Source: Taibaiella sp.
Lineage (GTDB): Bacteria; Bacteroidota; Bacteroidia; Chitinophagales; Chitinophagaceae
Direction: 5' to 3'
Length of the DNA stretch: 64,000 nucleotides
Assembly (NCBI GenBank): GCA_019638495.1
Contig: JAHBTQ010000007.1
Coordinates: 50,757 to 114,756, forward strand
The notes beneath the pieces were generated by a model, which saw nothing but the letters and a program-made list of their open reading frames with translations, did not search any database and was not told the origin of the DNA. Shown piece by piece: positions 27,767 to 38,900 of the stretch. Numbering within the stretch: the first letter of the stretch is position 1; every line of letters begins with the position of its first letter. Both the position numbers and the translations under genes were made by a program.

Positions 27767-28447
27767 ATGTCTTTCAACCTAGCAGGGTACATTGACCACA
27801 CAATTCTGAAGCCCACAGCCTCTGCTGCTGACGTGGATAAGGTATGTGTAGAGGCGTCAATTGCAGGATTTGCTGCTGTATGCATACCGCCCAAATACGT
27901 ACACAGCGCCAGGAAGTTGCTGGACAATTCGCGGGTAAAGGTGGCCACGGTAATTGGGTTCCCGCTAGGTTTTTCTGCCATTGATATTAAAGTTGCCGAA
28001 ATTGAGGAGGCCATTGCCATGGGCGCCGACGAGGTGGATATGGTAATAGACCTCTGTGCGCTGAAGAGTGGCGATTTTGACCAGCTGAAGCGGGAAATAG
28101 AGGCGTGCCTGGTACCGGTTTACACAGCAGGCCGCATCATAAAGGTGATCGTAGAGAGTGGCATGCTCACTGACACAGAGCTTCTTGATTGCTGCAGTCT
28201 GTACGGAAAATACAATATTGACTACATGAAGACCTCGACCGGCTTTTCCGGCACCGGAGCTACTGTGCATGCGGTGAAGCTGATGCGCGAGCAGTTGCCC
28301 GCAAGGATGTCTATAAAGGCTTCTGGGGGAATAAGGACCTACGATTTTGCAAAGCAGCTTATAGACGCGGGGGCTACCCGCCTTGGCACCTCTGCCAGCC
28401 TGCAGATAATGAAAGAGTTCAAGGCAGTGATGCAGGCTGCGCAATAA
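27767..28447 (+). CDS. deoC: Deoxyribose-phosphate aldolase
   Basis: IDHTILKP, TVIGFPLG, GADEVDMV, KVIVE, KTSTGF, KASGGIR, GATRLGTS. Confidence 0.97.
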   Translation: MSFNLAGYIDHTILKPTASAADVDKVCVEASIAGFAAVCIPPKYVHSARKLLDNSRVKVATVIGFPLGFSAIDIKVAEIEEAIAMGADEVDMVIDLCALKSGDFDQLKREIEACLVPVYTAGRIIKVIVESGMLTDTELLDCCSLYGKYNIDYMKTSTGFSGTGATVHAVKLMREQLPARMSIKASGGIRTYDFAKQLIDAGATRLGTSASLQIMKEFKAVMQAAQ

Positions 28448-28510
28448 CTGCTGTAAATAACATTCAGTTGTGAGGAAAAAGCGTGTGTACAGGCTAATTT
28501 TGCCGGCAGT

Positions 28511-29026
28511 ATGAGATTTGTCTTTTACTGCATGGCACTCTGCCTCAGCTACATGCTACCTATCATCTCTGCCTACTCCCAGGAGCAGGTGAGCGGTAGA
28601 GTAACGATACACAGTGATGCGCGGCTTGCAGTGCTGGTAAGCAAGACCCATAGCTACGTGCGCCCCATAAGGCCGGAACCTCCAAAGTTAATGGAGCTGC
28701 CACCACCACCGCCGTCTATAGGCACCTACACCACAAGTGGCGGCCTGGTGCACCATGACCAAAAGACGGTGTACAAAGGGAAAGGCTACAGGGTTCAGAT
28801 CTATTATGGTCCCAGCAGGGAAAAGGCTATGGCTGCCAGGCGCGAGTTCATGCGCAGGTTCCCGGGTGTGAGAAGCTATATAGAGTTTGAGTCTCCGGCA
28901 TTCCGGGTGAAGGTAGGTGACTATAGGTCGCGGACCGATGCTGATGGTATGCTACGGGAAGCGAATTCCATGTTTAGCCCCAGCATGATAGTGCCGGAAC
29001 CGCAGGTGGAAATAAGCAACTTCTGA
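28511..29026 (+). CDS. SPOR domain-containing protein
   Basis: Signal peptide, Pro-rich linker, GYRVQIY...FRVKVGDYRSR..A; TAATTTTG promoter box at 28495-28502. Confidence 0.85.
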   Translation: MRFVFYCMALCLSYMLPIISAYSQEQVSGRVTIHSDARLAVLVSKTHSYVRPIRPEPPKLMELPPPPPSIGTYTTSGGLVHHDQKTVYKGKGYRVQIYYGPSREKAMAARREFMRRFPGVRSYIEFESPAFRVKVGDYRSRTDADGMLREANSMFSPSMIVPEPQVEISNF

Positions 29027-29027
29027 T

Positions 29028-29780
29028 CTATGCGTCCGGAGCGATGTAGAGGTTGCTCTTGATGAGGCCCCACTTATGGAAACGGTGCGTGAGCGATACA
29101 CGGAGCACGCCACGGCCATACTTCATACTACGCTTAAAGTTGATGCTGGAGGCCTCTTCAAAGTATTTTGTGGGGCACGTTACTTCTGCGATCTCAAAGT
29201 CGCGCATAACGATCTGGGATATCATTTCGTTATCGAAAACGAAGTCGTCGCTGCAATACTTGAAGTTGATGGACCTGATGACATCAGCACTGAAAGCGCG
29301 ATAGCCGGTATGGTACTCGCTCAGCTTCTGACCTATCATTATATTCTCAAACAGGGTAAGGCACCTGTTGAAGAAGTACTTATACAGAGGCATGCCACCT
29401 TTTAGCGCACCCTTGCCGAGGATGCGTGATGCCAGCACAACAGGGTACACATCCATAGCAATGATGGATGCCATAGCGTGAATGAGTTTGGGAGTATACT
29501 GATAATCCGGGTGAAGCATGATGACGATATCGCCACCAAGTTCCAGGGCCTTACGGTAGCAGCTTTTCTGGTTGCCTCCGTAGCCCTTGTTTACTTCGTG
29601 CTTAATGATGTGCCTGATACCAAGGCGCTTGCCTTCTTCAACAGTATCGTCGCGACTATTATCATCCACCAATACCACTTCATCCACTATGTCGAAGGGA
29701 ATTTCGTTATACGTCCGCTCCAGTGTGCGTGCAGCGTTGTAGGCGGGCAGTACGATGACAATTTTCTTACCGTTAAGCAT
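29028..29780 (-). CDS. Glycosyltransferase family 2 (DPM-synthase-like)
   Basis: VIVLPAYNAARTL, LVDDNSRD, NKGYGGNQK, MLHPDYQY, LSEYHTGYRAF. Confidence 0.92.
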   Translation of the reverse strand: MLNGKKIVIVLPAYNAARTLERTYNEIPFDIVDEVVLVDDNSRDDTVEEGKRLGIRHIIKHEVNKGYGGNQKSCYRKALELGGDIVIMLHPDYQYTPKLIHAMASIIAMDVYPVVLASRILGKGALKGGMPLYKYFFNRCLTLFENIMIGQKLSEYHTGYRAFSADVIRSINFKYCSDDFVFDNEMISQIVMRDFEIAEVTCPTKYFEEASSINFKRSMKYGRGVLRVSLTHRFHKWGLIKSNLYIAPDA

Positions 29781-29972
29781 ATCAGTGCGCAAAAGTAATA
29801 TTAATCCTTAAAAAAGAAGGTTGGTCTTTGAGACGGTCGGCCATTTGCTACTCTATTTGTGCAGGTGATGTAACGTAAAAGGCCCATTTTACGATACCGT
29901 TCAAAAGTCATCAACCCTCAATACGCAAAATCGTTAGTAACACAACCATTTTCCGGCCTAATAAGTAATAGT

Positions 29973-30003
29973 TGATTTAAATATGAATTGTTGTAACTTC
30001 ATT
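29973..30003 (+). promoter_or_regulatory. Conserved upstream element of the T9SS paralogs (second copy at 32170-32200)
   Basis: TGATTTAAATAT(G/A)AATTGTTGTAACTTCATT, 1 mismatch in 31 bp, 17-18 nt before each ATG. Confidence 0.7.
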
Positions 30004-30020
30004 CACCTAAACACCAGGGC

Positions 30021-31937
30021 ATGTCAAGACTTCTGCACCTTTACGCGTACTGCATCACTGTTTTGTCGGTGATCTTGTCTCAGACTGACATTCACGCCCA
30101 GATCATCACCACCTATGCAGGTTCTTCCTCATTAGCCGTGGGAGATGGTGGTCCGGCAACTGATGCATCTGTGAAATTTCCCAGTTGTATTGCATTTGAC
30201 CTCTCAGGTAACGTGCTGATTGGAGAGCAGGCCGGCCGTAGAGTTCGTAGGGTAGATGCAGGAGGCATCATTAATACGGTTGCCGGAAATGGCCTGTATG
30301 TGTTAGGCGGAGCCGGTGATGGAGGCCCCGCTACAGATGCCAGTTTTGAGCCTTATGACATAGAATATGACGCCGCAGGCAATCTTTATATATACGACGG
30401 CGCTGCTCACAAGATTCGCAAGGTGGATGTGCTGGGTAATATTAGCACGGTGGCGGGTACGGGGGCCCTAGCTAATACCGGTGACGGTGGCCCGGCAACA
30501 GCAGCTGGGATAGTTGCAGGCAGCATGGATGTGGATGCAGCAGGCAATATTTATTTTGGAATTGAAACAGGTATACGAAGGATAGATGCAGTAACCGGCA
30601 TTATTAATAAAGTATTCGGTGCCGCCACGCCGGGCTTCTCTGGTGATGGCGGCCCTGCCACGGCGGCCCAATTCAATAATGTCTATGAAGTGGTGTTGCG
30701 TAATGGGAGTATCTATGTTGTAGACCGCTGGAACCACCGTATCCGTAAAATCGATGCGGCTGGCATTGTCACCACCGTGGCCGGCAATGGGATAAATGCA
30801 TTTTCAGGCGATGGCGGTCCGGCAACCGCAGCGTCGTTTTACGATGATCTTGCAGGTCTGGCTGTTGATGAAGCAGAATGTATCTATATCGCGGAGCCTT
30901 TTAGCCACCGTATCCGCAAGGTTAACGCCATGGGTATTATCAATACTATAGCAGGAACGGGTGTGGCTGGTGGTTCAGGCGATGGCGGGCCGGCCACAGC
31001 GGCCACATTGTACCCAATGCGGAATATAGCAAAGCGTAACGGTGGGGGCAATTTGTACATTGCAGTGACGTATGGTAATCGTGTTCGCATGATAACTGAC
31101 ATGAACAATCCAGCCTACTTCACGGGCGGGCATAGCCTGTCGTTGATTACATGTGTGCCGAGTGTAGACCTGCCACCCGTGCCGGTGAGCCTTAATGCAC
31201 TGCTCACTGCTATGGATGCAGATACCGTGCAGCCGCTGAAGTGGCAGGTGGTGTCTGCTCCCTCACATGGCACTGCTGCTGTGGCTTACAGCACGTTTAC
31301 CACCGGCGGTGTCGTGGTGCCAACGGGCCTCACCTACACGCCTGCTATAGGCTTCACAGGTAATGATACCTTCCGTGTGCGCGTCACCGATGCCTACTCT
31401 GCCGATACCGCATGGGTATATGTGCGCGTAGACGGCCCTGCCAATGCAGGCACACTCACTGGTGCGGACACAGTATGCAAGGGCGGTACTACTACCTTTA
31501 TATCGTCGGTAGCAGGTGGCGTATTCAGCACCACCACCGGTAATGCAACGGCAAGCAGTGGCACCATCACCGGCATTACCGAAGGTATGGACACAGTAGT
31601 CTACATCTTCACCAACTCCTGCGGCAGCGATACCGTTGTGCAGGCCATAGAGGTAAAGGATTGCCCGGCAGGCATTGGCGAGCCGCAGGTTGCAGGCAAC
31701 GACGCCCTGCAGCTATGGCCCAGCCCGGCATCAGGCAGCGTCAGCATACTGCTGTCATCTGCTATTAGTGAGGCTGCATCGGTAGTGATAACAAATGTTG
31801 TAGGGCAGGTAGTAAAAGAATTTAACATCACCACCAATCGGAGCACTGAAATGGAGATCAATGTTCCTCCCGGGGTGTACACTGTCTCTGCTATTACTTC
31901 GCATGGGCGCATGGTAAGGCAATTGGCGGTGCGGTAA
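30021..31937 (+). CDS. T9SS cargo protein with NHL (teneurin-like) repeats, an Ig-like domain and a type A sorting domain; paralog 1
   Basis: Repeated I.TVAG.G..G.SGDGGPATAA units; YTPAIGFTG.DTF Ig-like unit; C-terminal LWPSPASG...PPGVYTV CTD. Confidence 0.9.
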   Translation: MSRLLHLYAYCITVLSVILSQTDIHAQIITTYAGSSSLAVGDGGPATDASVKFPSCIAFDLSGNVLIGEQAGRRVRRVDAGGIINTVAGNGLYVLGGAGDGGPATDASFEPYDIEYDAAGNLYIYDGAAHKIRKVDVLGNISTVAGTGALANTGDGGPATAAGIVAGSMDVDAAGNIYFGIETGIRRIDAVTGIINKVFGAATPGFSGDGGPATAAQFNNVYEVVLRNGSIYVVDRWNHRIRKIDAAGIVTTVAGNGINAFSGDGGPATAASFYDDLAGLAVDEAECIYIAEPFSHRIRKVNAMGIINTIAGTGVAGGSGDGGPATAATLYPMRNIAKRNGGGNLYIAVTYGNRVRMITDMNNPAYFTGGHSLSLITCVPSVDLPPVPVSLNALLTAMDADTVQPLKWQVVSAPSHGTAAVAYSTFTTGGVVVPTGLTYTPAIGFTGNDTFRVRVTDAYSADTAWVYVRVDGPANAGTLTGADTVCKGGTTTFISSVAGGVFSTTTGNATASSGTITGITEGMDTVVYIFTNSCGSDTVVQAIEVKDCPAGIGEPQVAGNDALQLWPSPASGSVSILLSSAISEAASVVITNVVGQVVKEFNITTNRSTEMEINVPPGVYTVSAITSHGRMVRQLAVR

Positions 31938-31944
31938 AAAACAG

Positions 31945-32112
31945 AAGTGTGCCACACCTCGGAGGTGTGGCACACTTTTTCGGGTTGCCGGAAACAGATT
32001 TGACAACTTTCTAAAAGTTGTCAAATCTCACCGCGGAGGAGCGCGCTTTGTACAGCATATGGCAGCGCTCATTCGTTACCCCCTCCCCATTTCGGGGAGG
32101 GCCGGGGAGGGG
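31945..32112. repeat. Palindrome cluster between the paralogs
   Basis: 16-bp stem 31945-31977; 15-bp stem AGATTTGACAACTTT-cta-AAAGTTGTCAAATCT at 31996-32028; CCCCTCCCC..GGGGAGGG element at about 32080-32112. Confidence 0.8.
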
Positions 32113-32218
32113 CTACACACCTGGAATCACTTAGGAACACCGATTTTTTAACCCTCCTTAGGTAACGGCTGATTTAAATATAAATTGTTGTAACTTCATT
32201 GACATAAATCAATGGTGC

Positions 32219-34138
32219 ATGTCACGACTACTACACCTTTGCGCACGCGTCACCAACGTTTTGGTTGTGATACTCTTTTGTTCCACCTCACACGCCCAGA
32301 TTATTACCACCTATGCGGGCTCGTCTACGCTATCCGTAGGTGATGGCGGGCCAGCCACAGCGGCTGGCCTGCGTCGGCCAAGGGATTTAACCTTTGATGT
32401 GGCTGGCAACTTGCTGATAAGTGAGGAATCCGGTGCGCGGGTACGTCGGGTGGATGTGACCACCGGCATTATCACCACGGTGGCGGGCGACGGTACATAT
32501 GTGGCAGGCGGGGCAGGCGATGGTGGCCCCGCCACTACAGCCAAAGTGAACCCCTATGAGATTGAATGCGACGTAATGGGTAATCTTTATATTAGTGAAG
32601 GTGGGGGATATAAGATACGCAAGGTGGATGCCTCTGGTATCATCACCACAATTGCAGGTACTGGTGCGCCGTTCGACAGCGGCGATGGCGGTCCGGCAAC
32701 GGCCGCCGGTGTAGTGGTGGGAGGCATAGAAACGGACGTGGCCGGCAATATCTATTTTGGCACTGAGACAGGGGTGCGCAGAATAGATGCTACTACAGGT
32801 ATTATCAGCAAGTTATATGGTGCTGCTACGCCCGGCTTCTCGGGCGATGGTGGCCCTGCCACCGCTGCGCAGTTTAATAATGTATGTGAAGTGGTGCTGC
32901 GCAATGGTAATATGTATGTTGTGGACCGTCTCAACTATCGTATTCGCAAGATAGATGCGGCGGGCATCGTTACCACCGTAGCGGGTAATGGCGTAAGTGC
33001 GTTTGCGGGCGATGGAGGCCCTGCAACGGCAGCTTCCTTTAACGGTCACGTATGGGGTCTCGACGTAGATGAGGCGGAATGTATCTACATAGCAGAGCCG
33101 TTCAGTAATCGCATTCGCAAGGTCAATGCAATGGGTATTATCAATACCATTGCTGGCAACGGTACAGTGGGGGCTTCCGGCGATGGTGGCCCAGCCACTG
33201 CCGCCCCACTCTATCGTATGAGCAACATTGCAAAGAGAGCGGGTTGTGGAGACCTTTTTATTGCGGTTAGTTATGGCAATACCGTGCGCATGGTAACGGA
33301 CCATAACAATCCCGCGTACTTCACCGGTGGGCATAGCCTGTCATTGGTTACCTGTGTGCCTAGCGTAGACCTGCCACCCGTGCCGGTGAGCCTTAATACC
33401 TTGCTCACTGCCATGGATGCAGATACCGTTCAGCCACTGAAGTGGCAGTTCGTTTCCGCCCCTGCGCATGGCTCGGCTGCCGTGGCTTACAGCACGTTTA
33501 CCACGGGCGGTGTCGTGGTGCCAACGGGCCTCACCTACACGCCTGCTATAGGCTTCACAGGTTATGATACCTTCCGTGTGCGCGTCACCGATGCCTACTC
33601 TGCCGATACCGCATGGGTATATGTGCGCGTAGACGGCCCTGCCAATGCAGGCACACTCACTGGTGCGGACACAGTATGCAAGGGTGGTACTACTACCTTT
33701 ATATCGTCGGTAGCAGGTGGCGTATTCAGCACCACCACCGGTAATGCAACGGCAAGCAGTGGCACCATCACCGGCATTACCGAAGGTATGGACACAGTAG
33801 TCTACATCTTCACCAACTCCTGCGGCAGCGATACCGTTGTGCAGGCCATAGAGGTAAAGGATTGCCCGGCAGGCATTGGCGAGCCGCAGGTTGCAGGCAA
33901 CGACGCCCTGCAGCTATGGCCCAGCCCGGCATCAGGCAGCGTCAGCATACTGCTGTCATCTGCTATTGGTGAGGCTGCATCGGTAGTGATAACAAATGTT
34001 GTAGGGCAGGTAGTAAAAGAATTTAACATCACCACCAATCGGAGCACTGAAATGGAGATCAATGTTCCTCCCGGGGTGTACACTGTCTCTGCCATCACCC
34101 CGCATGGGCGCATGGTAAGGCAGTTGGTAGTGAGGTAA
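32219..34138 (+). CDS. T9SS cargo protein with NHL repeats; paralog 2
   Basis: Same architecture as 30021-31937; the 3' ~610 bp are nearly identical. Confidence 0.9.
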   Translation: MSRLLHLCARVTNVLVVILFCSTSHAQIITTYAGSSTLSVGDGGPATAAGLRRPRDLTFDVAGNLLISEESGARVRRVDVTTGIITTVAGDGTYVAGGAGDGGPATTAKVNPYEIECDVMGNLYISEGGGYKIRKVDASGIITTIAGTGAPFDSGDGGPATAAGVVVGGIETDVAGNIYFGTETGVRRIDATTGIISKLYGAATPGFSGDGGPATAAQFNNVCEVVLRNGNMYVVDRLNYRIRKIDAAGIVTTVAGNGVSAFAGDGGPATAASFNGHVWGLDVDEAECIYIAEPFSNRIRKVNAMGIINTIAGNGTVGASGDGGPATAAPLYRMSNIAKRAGCGDLFIAVSYGNTVRMVTDHNNPAYFTGGHSLSLVTCVPSVDLPPVPVSLNTLLTAMDADTVQPLKWQFVSAPAHGSAAVAYSTFTTGGVVVPTGLTYTPAIGFTGYDTFRVRVTDAYSADTAWVYVRVDGPANAGTLTGADTVCKGGTTTFISSVAGGVFSTTTGNATASSGTITGITEGMDTVVYIFTNSCGSDTVVQAIEVKDCPAGIGEPQVAGNDALQLWPSPASGSVSILLSSAIGEAASVVITNVVGQVVKEFNITTNRSTEMEINVPPGVYTVSAITPHGRMVRQLVVR

Positions 34139-34370
34139 AAAACAGAGTGTCCTACGTCGCCGAGGGTAGGATACTTTGGACAAAGGCTACCCAATCTCAC
34201 AGCGCTGAATTGTTGCGCTCCTATGGAGCGCTGGAATTATGTTGCCGCGTAGGCTACAGAGCTCCTGCTCCTACGGAGCAATTCCATCAAACCGATACCG
34301 TCTTTTAGCGTTACACCAGGTATTAGACTTGCTGATACGAAAACTTCTAAATCAGGAGGTGTGCAAAAAA

Positions 34371-34398
34371 AGGCTGCCCCAAAATGTCGGGACAGCCT
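34371..34398 (-). terminator. Intrinsic terminator
   Basis: AGGCTG.CCC / GGG.CAGCCT stem preceded by an A-run on the + strand, downstream of the 34433 stop. Confidence 0.65.
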
Positions 34399-34432
34399 CT
34401 CTATGTTTTTTCGGCTTAATGCCGATAGTATT

Positions 34433-35425
34433 TTAGTGCGTTACGGTGACGCTACCGTCCTGTGTTTTCCGCCCGGTGGCATCTGTAATTGAGTATAGAT
34501 AAACTCCGGACGCAAGGGTGGAAACGTCAATTTTACTGTTCCCGGTTACAGGGGTGGATTTTACTAACTGTCCTGTCGATGTTATCAGGTTCATTGTTAG
34601 TTTCCTTCGTTCGTCTCCCCGGATATTAAGCTCTCCGTGTGCCGGGTTAGGGAATAGTCGAACAACCTCTGTCATTGCCAAATCTGCCACACTTACAGGG
34701 GGCGGCGGATTGGGTGAGCTGGTCATAGAGAGATCATCTACATACAGAGTGCTGCTGTCCAAAGCCGCGCTGGGATCGGCGCTGCTGGCAAAAAGGATGC
34801 GCAGCGTGTGTACCGGGTAGTCTGTAGTGGTGTAGGAAAGTGTAGCTGTAACCTGAGAGAAAGTATCCGTGTCAGAAGGCGTAATGTTTACAAAGCCAAC
34901 ACCCACCATAGAATCAACGACACCTATGGTCGCTATTGCCATCACAGTCATCAATCCCTCGTCATAGCCGATGGTGTCGGTAGTGGTGTCTATACCGGGC
35001 TTGTATACGACCCATGCCGAAACGGTATTTGGCTGAACGGTTACTGCCTGGCCACCATCGAAGGTGATGCCCATAGCTGTTGGATCTACTGAGATTTTAG
35101 CGTTGCTGAGAAAGCCCGGGAAATAGCCCAGGTCGCCCTCCATCGCAGTCATGAGTTTTGCAGCGTAAGAGCCAGTTCTTTTTATGGACGATTCGCGGAA
35201 TATCTGCCTGTTGAACGGAGCCCCCGAAGTGTCCAGCGCAAAAGGTCCTACGGCCAAGGCCAGGGAATCTGTGCAAAACCACATCTTTGGTGTTTGTATG
35301 CTGGTGGGTGGTAGTCCAAATACAGAGGTAGTACGCCAGTCTTCCATTCCTGCATTGTCGATAGATTGCGCCTGTGAGAGGACGGAAGCGAACAAACCCA
35401 TTAGGAAAATGATAGCCTTTTTCAT
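34433..35425 (-). CDS. T9SS cargo protein (carbohydrate-binding-like beta-sandwich plus type A sorting domain)
   Basis: Signal peptide, IDNAGMEDW start, G.YAAKL.T, C-terminal LFPNPAHGEL...LASGVYLY. Confidence 0.85.
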   Translation of the reverse strand: MKKAIIFLMGLFASVLSQAQSIDNAGMEDWRTTSVFGLPPTSIQTPKMWFCTDSLALAVGPFALDTSGAPFNRQIFRESSIKRTGSYAAKLMTAMEGDLGYFPGFLSNAKISVDPTAMGITFDGGQAVTVQPNTVSAWVVYKPGIDTTTDTIGYDEGLMTVMAIATIGVVDSMVGVGFVNITPSDTDTFSQVTATLSYTTTDYPVHTLRILFASSADPSAALDSSTLYVDDLSMTSSPNPPPPVSVADLAMTEVVRLFPNPAHGELNIRGDERRKLTMNLITSTGQLVKSTPVTGNSKIDVSTLASGVYLYSITDATGRKTQDGSVTVTH

Positions 35426-35463
35426 TGAATTGTTGATATTTAGGGTGTTAAACAGTGTGCAAT

Positions 35464-35937
35464 TTAGTTATTTATTCGCTTCAGGCAACTTATTATTGCG
35501 TCGAAATCCGGTATGTCAGAAGCGTTTTCCAGTACTTCTGCATATTGCACGATGCCCTCCTTGTCGATTACAAATGCACTCCGCTTAGATACACCATCCA
35601 TATCATTGAAAAAGTGTTCGTAAAGGCAGCCATAAGCAGCCGAGGTAGATTTGTTGAAGTCGCTCAGCAGGGTGAAATTAAGTTGCTGATCGGCCTTATA
35701 ACGCTGCAATGAAAAGAGGGAGTCGACTGAAATGCCAAACACGGTAGCATCCAGATCATTATAGGCGGTGATGTTGTCGCGTGTCATGCAAAGCTCTTTG
35801 GTGCATGTACTTGTAAAAGCCAGCGGAAAAAACAACAACAAAACGTTCTTCCCTTTGTGCTCGCTTAGCGTCACTTTGTTTTTCTCTGTATCGCGGAGTG
35901 TAAAATCAGGGGCAGGTTGTCCTACTGTAATCGCCAT
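35464..35937 (-). CDS. Peroxiredoxin (AhpC/TSA, AhpE-like)
   Basis: APDFTL, FFPLAFTSTCTKELC (PxxxTxxC), LLSDFN, RSAFVIDKEG. Confidence 0.9.
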   Translation of the reverse strand: MAITVGQPAPDFTLRDTEKNKVTLSEHKGKNVLLLFFPLAFTSTCTKELCMTRDNITAYNDLDATVFGISVDSLFSLQRYKADQQLNFTLLSDFNKSTSAAYGCLYEHFFNDMDGVSKRSAFVIDKEGIVQYAEVLENASDIPDFDAIISCLKRINN

Positions 35938-35984
35938 ATTTTTCTTTTTTGTAAAAGTAGGCCGAAATGAGATGTGATGAACTC

Positions 35985-38900
35985 CTAGCCTAAACTTTCC
36001 AGTTCCCGCACAGAACGTTCGGTATTTTCCAACAGTTCATTTACGCGGGTAAATACTTCATCACCCTCTTCGTGGCACATGCGCTCGACAATGCTGCCGA
36101 GATCTCCGGTAGACCGCATGCCCATAATGAGCCAGTTTGGCTTGAAGGCATGAATGCGAAGTGCCATTTCCTTTTTGTCCCGCGCGTCGCGTGCAGCACT
36201 TAGTTTTTCGAGGAATACCGGCACTCCCTTCAGGTACATGGCAATGTATTTCTTTACACGGTTAGGATCGCCATCGCAAAAATCACTGAGGTAGTCAGGG
36301 TCCGTGACCATCCCCGGCCTGCGTTGCAAGGGCTTATCTTCTGCGGTGTCGGTAGCCGATATAGGAGACTGCGAGGTGGTGAGTTTACGACCGGTCATTT
36401 CGGCGAGTGTACTTATAAGTTGCCACGCCTTAAATGGTTTGGGTACGTAAGAATTCATCCCGGCATTGAGACATTTGTCAATGTCCTCGCGCAGCGTACT
36501 GGCTGTGAGCGCAACGATAGGAACGTTTCGCTTTGCTTCCGGCAGTTGCGTGCGAATGGCGATAGTGGCATCGATGCCACTCATCACAGGCATCTGCACA
36601 TCCATGAGCACCACGTCGTAGTTGTTGGCGCGCACGGCGTCAAGCGCTTCCTGTCCGTTGACAGCCATATCAATTTCAACGTCGGCCTTCAGGGCCAGCG
36701 TTTCCTGCACCACCATGCGATTGTATTCGTTATCGTCGGCCAGCAGAATACGTAAGCCATTTAGAGCAGATCCGTCTGCCCGCTTTTCCTGCTGCATACG
36801 TGCCGTGAGGCGTTCTACGGAGCCTTTTGGGTAGCGAATGGTAAAGAAGAACGTAGAGCCGCTGTTGAGCACACTTTCTACTGCAATGTTGCCGCCATGC
36901 ATTTCTACCAACTGCTTTGATATTGAAAGTCCAAGGCCCGTGCCACCATATTTGCGCGTGTCCGAACTGTTGACCTGTGCGAAATTGCCAAAGAGGTTTT
37001 GAATTTTCTCGGGTGGTATGCCGATGCCGGTATCAATGACCTCAAACCTCAGATCAGTGTGCTCTGCGGTTTCTCCTGCTTTCGTGATCCTGAACTGAAT
37101 GCTGCCACGTTCAGTGAACTTAATGGCGTTTCCGCCAAGATTCATAAGTACCTGGTTCAGGCGGAAAGGGTCGCCCATGACCACATCCGGCACATCAGGT
37201 GCAATGTCGATAGATATATGCAAGCCTTTCTCGTCTGCTTTGTGAGAGAGGGTGTCTTTGACCTGTGCAACCGTTTCGGAAAGGGAAAAGTCGATCTTCT
37301 CTAATTCCATTTTCCCTGCCTCTATTTTGGACAGGTCCAGTATGTCGTTGATGATGTGTAACAATACCTCTGCCGACTTGCTGATGGCCTGTAAATAGCT
37401 TACCTGGTCTTTTCGGGGTTGCTTTTCCAGCAGTATGTCGGTCATGCCGTTTACGGCGTTCATAGGTGTGCGTATCTCATGGCTCATATTGGCCAGGAAC
37501 ATCTGTTTGAATTTTTCTGATTCTTCCGCCCTTGCGCGCATGCGCTCTGCATTTTCTTTCTCTTCGGCTATCTGGCGGTTCTTTTCTTCGAGCACTCTCT
37601 TATTCTTCTTTAGAATAGCATTACGGTTGTAGGCACCTGCAGTAAGCACGCCCAGAAGTAAAATGCCGGCAATATAGAGCAGGCGCTCGCGGCGAGCCTC
37701 GCGCAGTTTTGCCATGCTGAGTGCATTGTCTTTTTCCAGTCCTGCTTTTTCCAGCGCGGCCCTTGCCTCCAGCCGGGCCTGCTTACGTTCATATTCAAAT
37801 GCTATCTGCCGCTGCTTCAATTCCTGCTCATATTCAAGTCGCTGACGTTCCTGCTCTGAACTGGCGGCCGCACGTTTCATCTCGTATTCGTGCTGCAATG
37901 TGTTCAGCTGCATTTCCTTCTGCATGGCCATTTCCCTCGCTTCATTTTCCTGCCTAAGTATTTCCTGTTTTTTAGCGAAGACGTACTGCATATCCTTCCT
38001 GGCCACTTCTACGCTCTTATCCCGGTTATACATACCCTCCAGGTAGGTGGTATGCTGCTTGTAGCTCTCTTTAGACCCATCCCTGTCGCCCTCCTGGTAC
38101 TGCACTTTTGATAGTGTTTCATATGCATCTGCAAGACCTTCATAATCGCCTGTCTCTTTCTGCAGATCAATTGCCTTATCCAGGAAATAGTGGGCTCGTT
38201 GCAAGCGCATAGTTGCCGGAAGCGCCTGAAGTGTATCTGGGATCGATGAGTGACCTTTACCGTCAGCGAGCTCGAAGTATGACTGCCCTACGAGCCCAAG
38301 TGCTTTCCCAGTTGCATCTTTGTTGCCAATGGATTCCGCAATCTGTGCGCCACGCGTAGCATATTGCAGGGCATGTACGTGATCTTTGGTAACAGAGTAA
38401 ACTTCTGCTATTCCCAACAGGTTGTCGAGCATCAAAGACTTTTTTGAGGCCGCCTCCGCCAATTTTAAAGAGCGTGCGTATGCATCCAATGCGTGCGCAT
38501 GGTCTTTTTGAGCGAAATAGATGCTTCCCATTTTGTGAAGCGACAAGGCAATGCCTTTTTTATCGCCGGCCGCCTCGTAGAACTTCTGAGCGCGTTGCAC
38601 ATTTTCGAGTGCAGGCTGGTACTTGGCCTGGCTATAGAGTACTGACGAAACGTTTACCAATTGCTCGCCCACGATAGAGTAGTCTGCTGCTGATTCGCCT
38701 TTGCCCTGTGCCTGCTGGAAATAGTCGATGGCACGTGTGTAGTCTTTCTTCAACAGGTAAACGCTTCCTACCTCTGAGAGCACCTCGGCCGCCTCGCGGT
38801 TGTCGCCTAATTTTTCGTCTATGGCTTCGCACCTGAGATAGTAGTCGATAGCCTTTTGGTAGTCCTTGATCTTATATGAGTATACATTCCCTGTGCTGCG

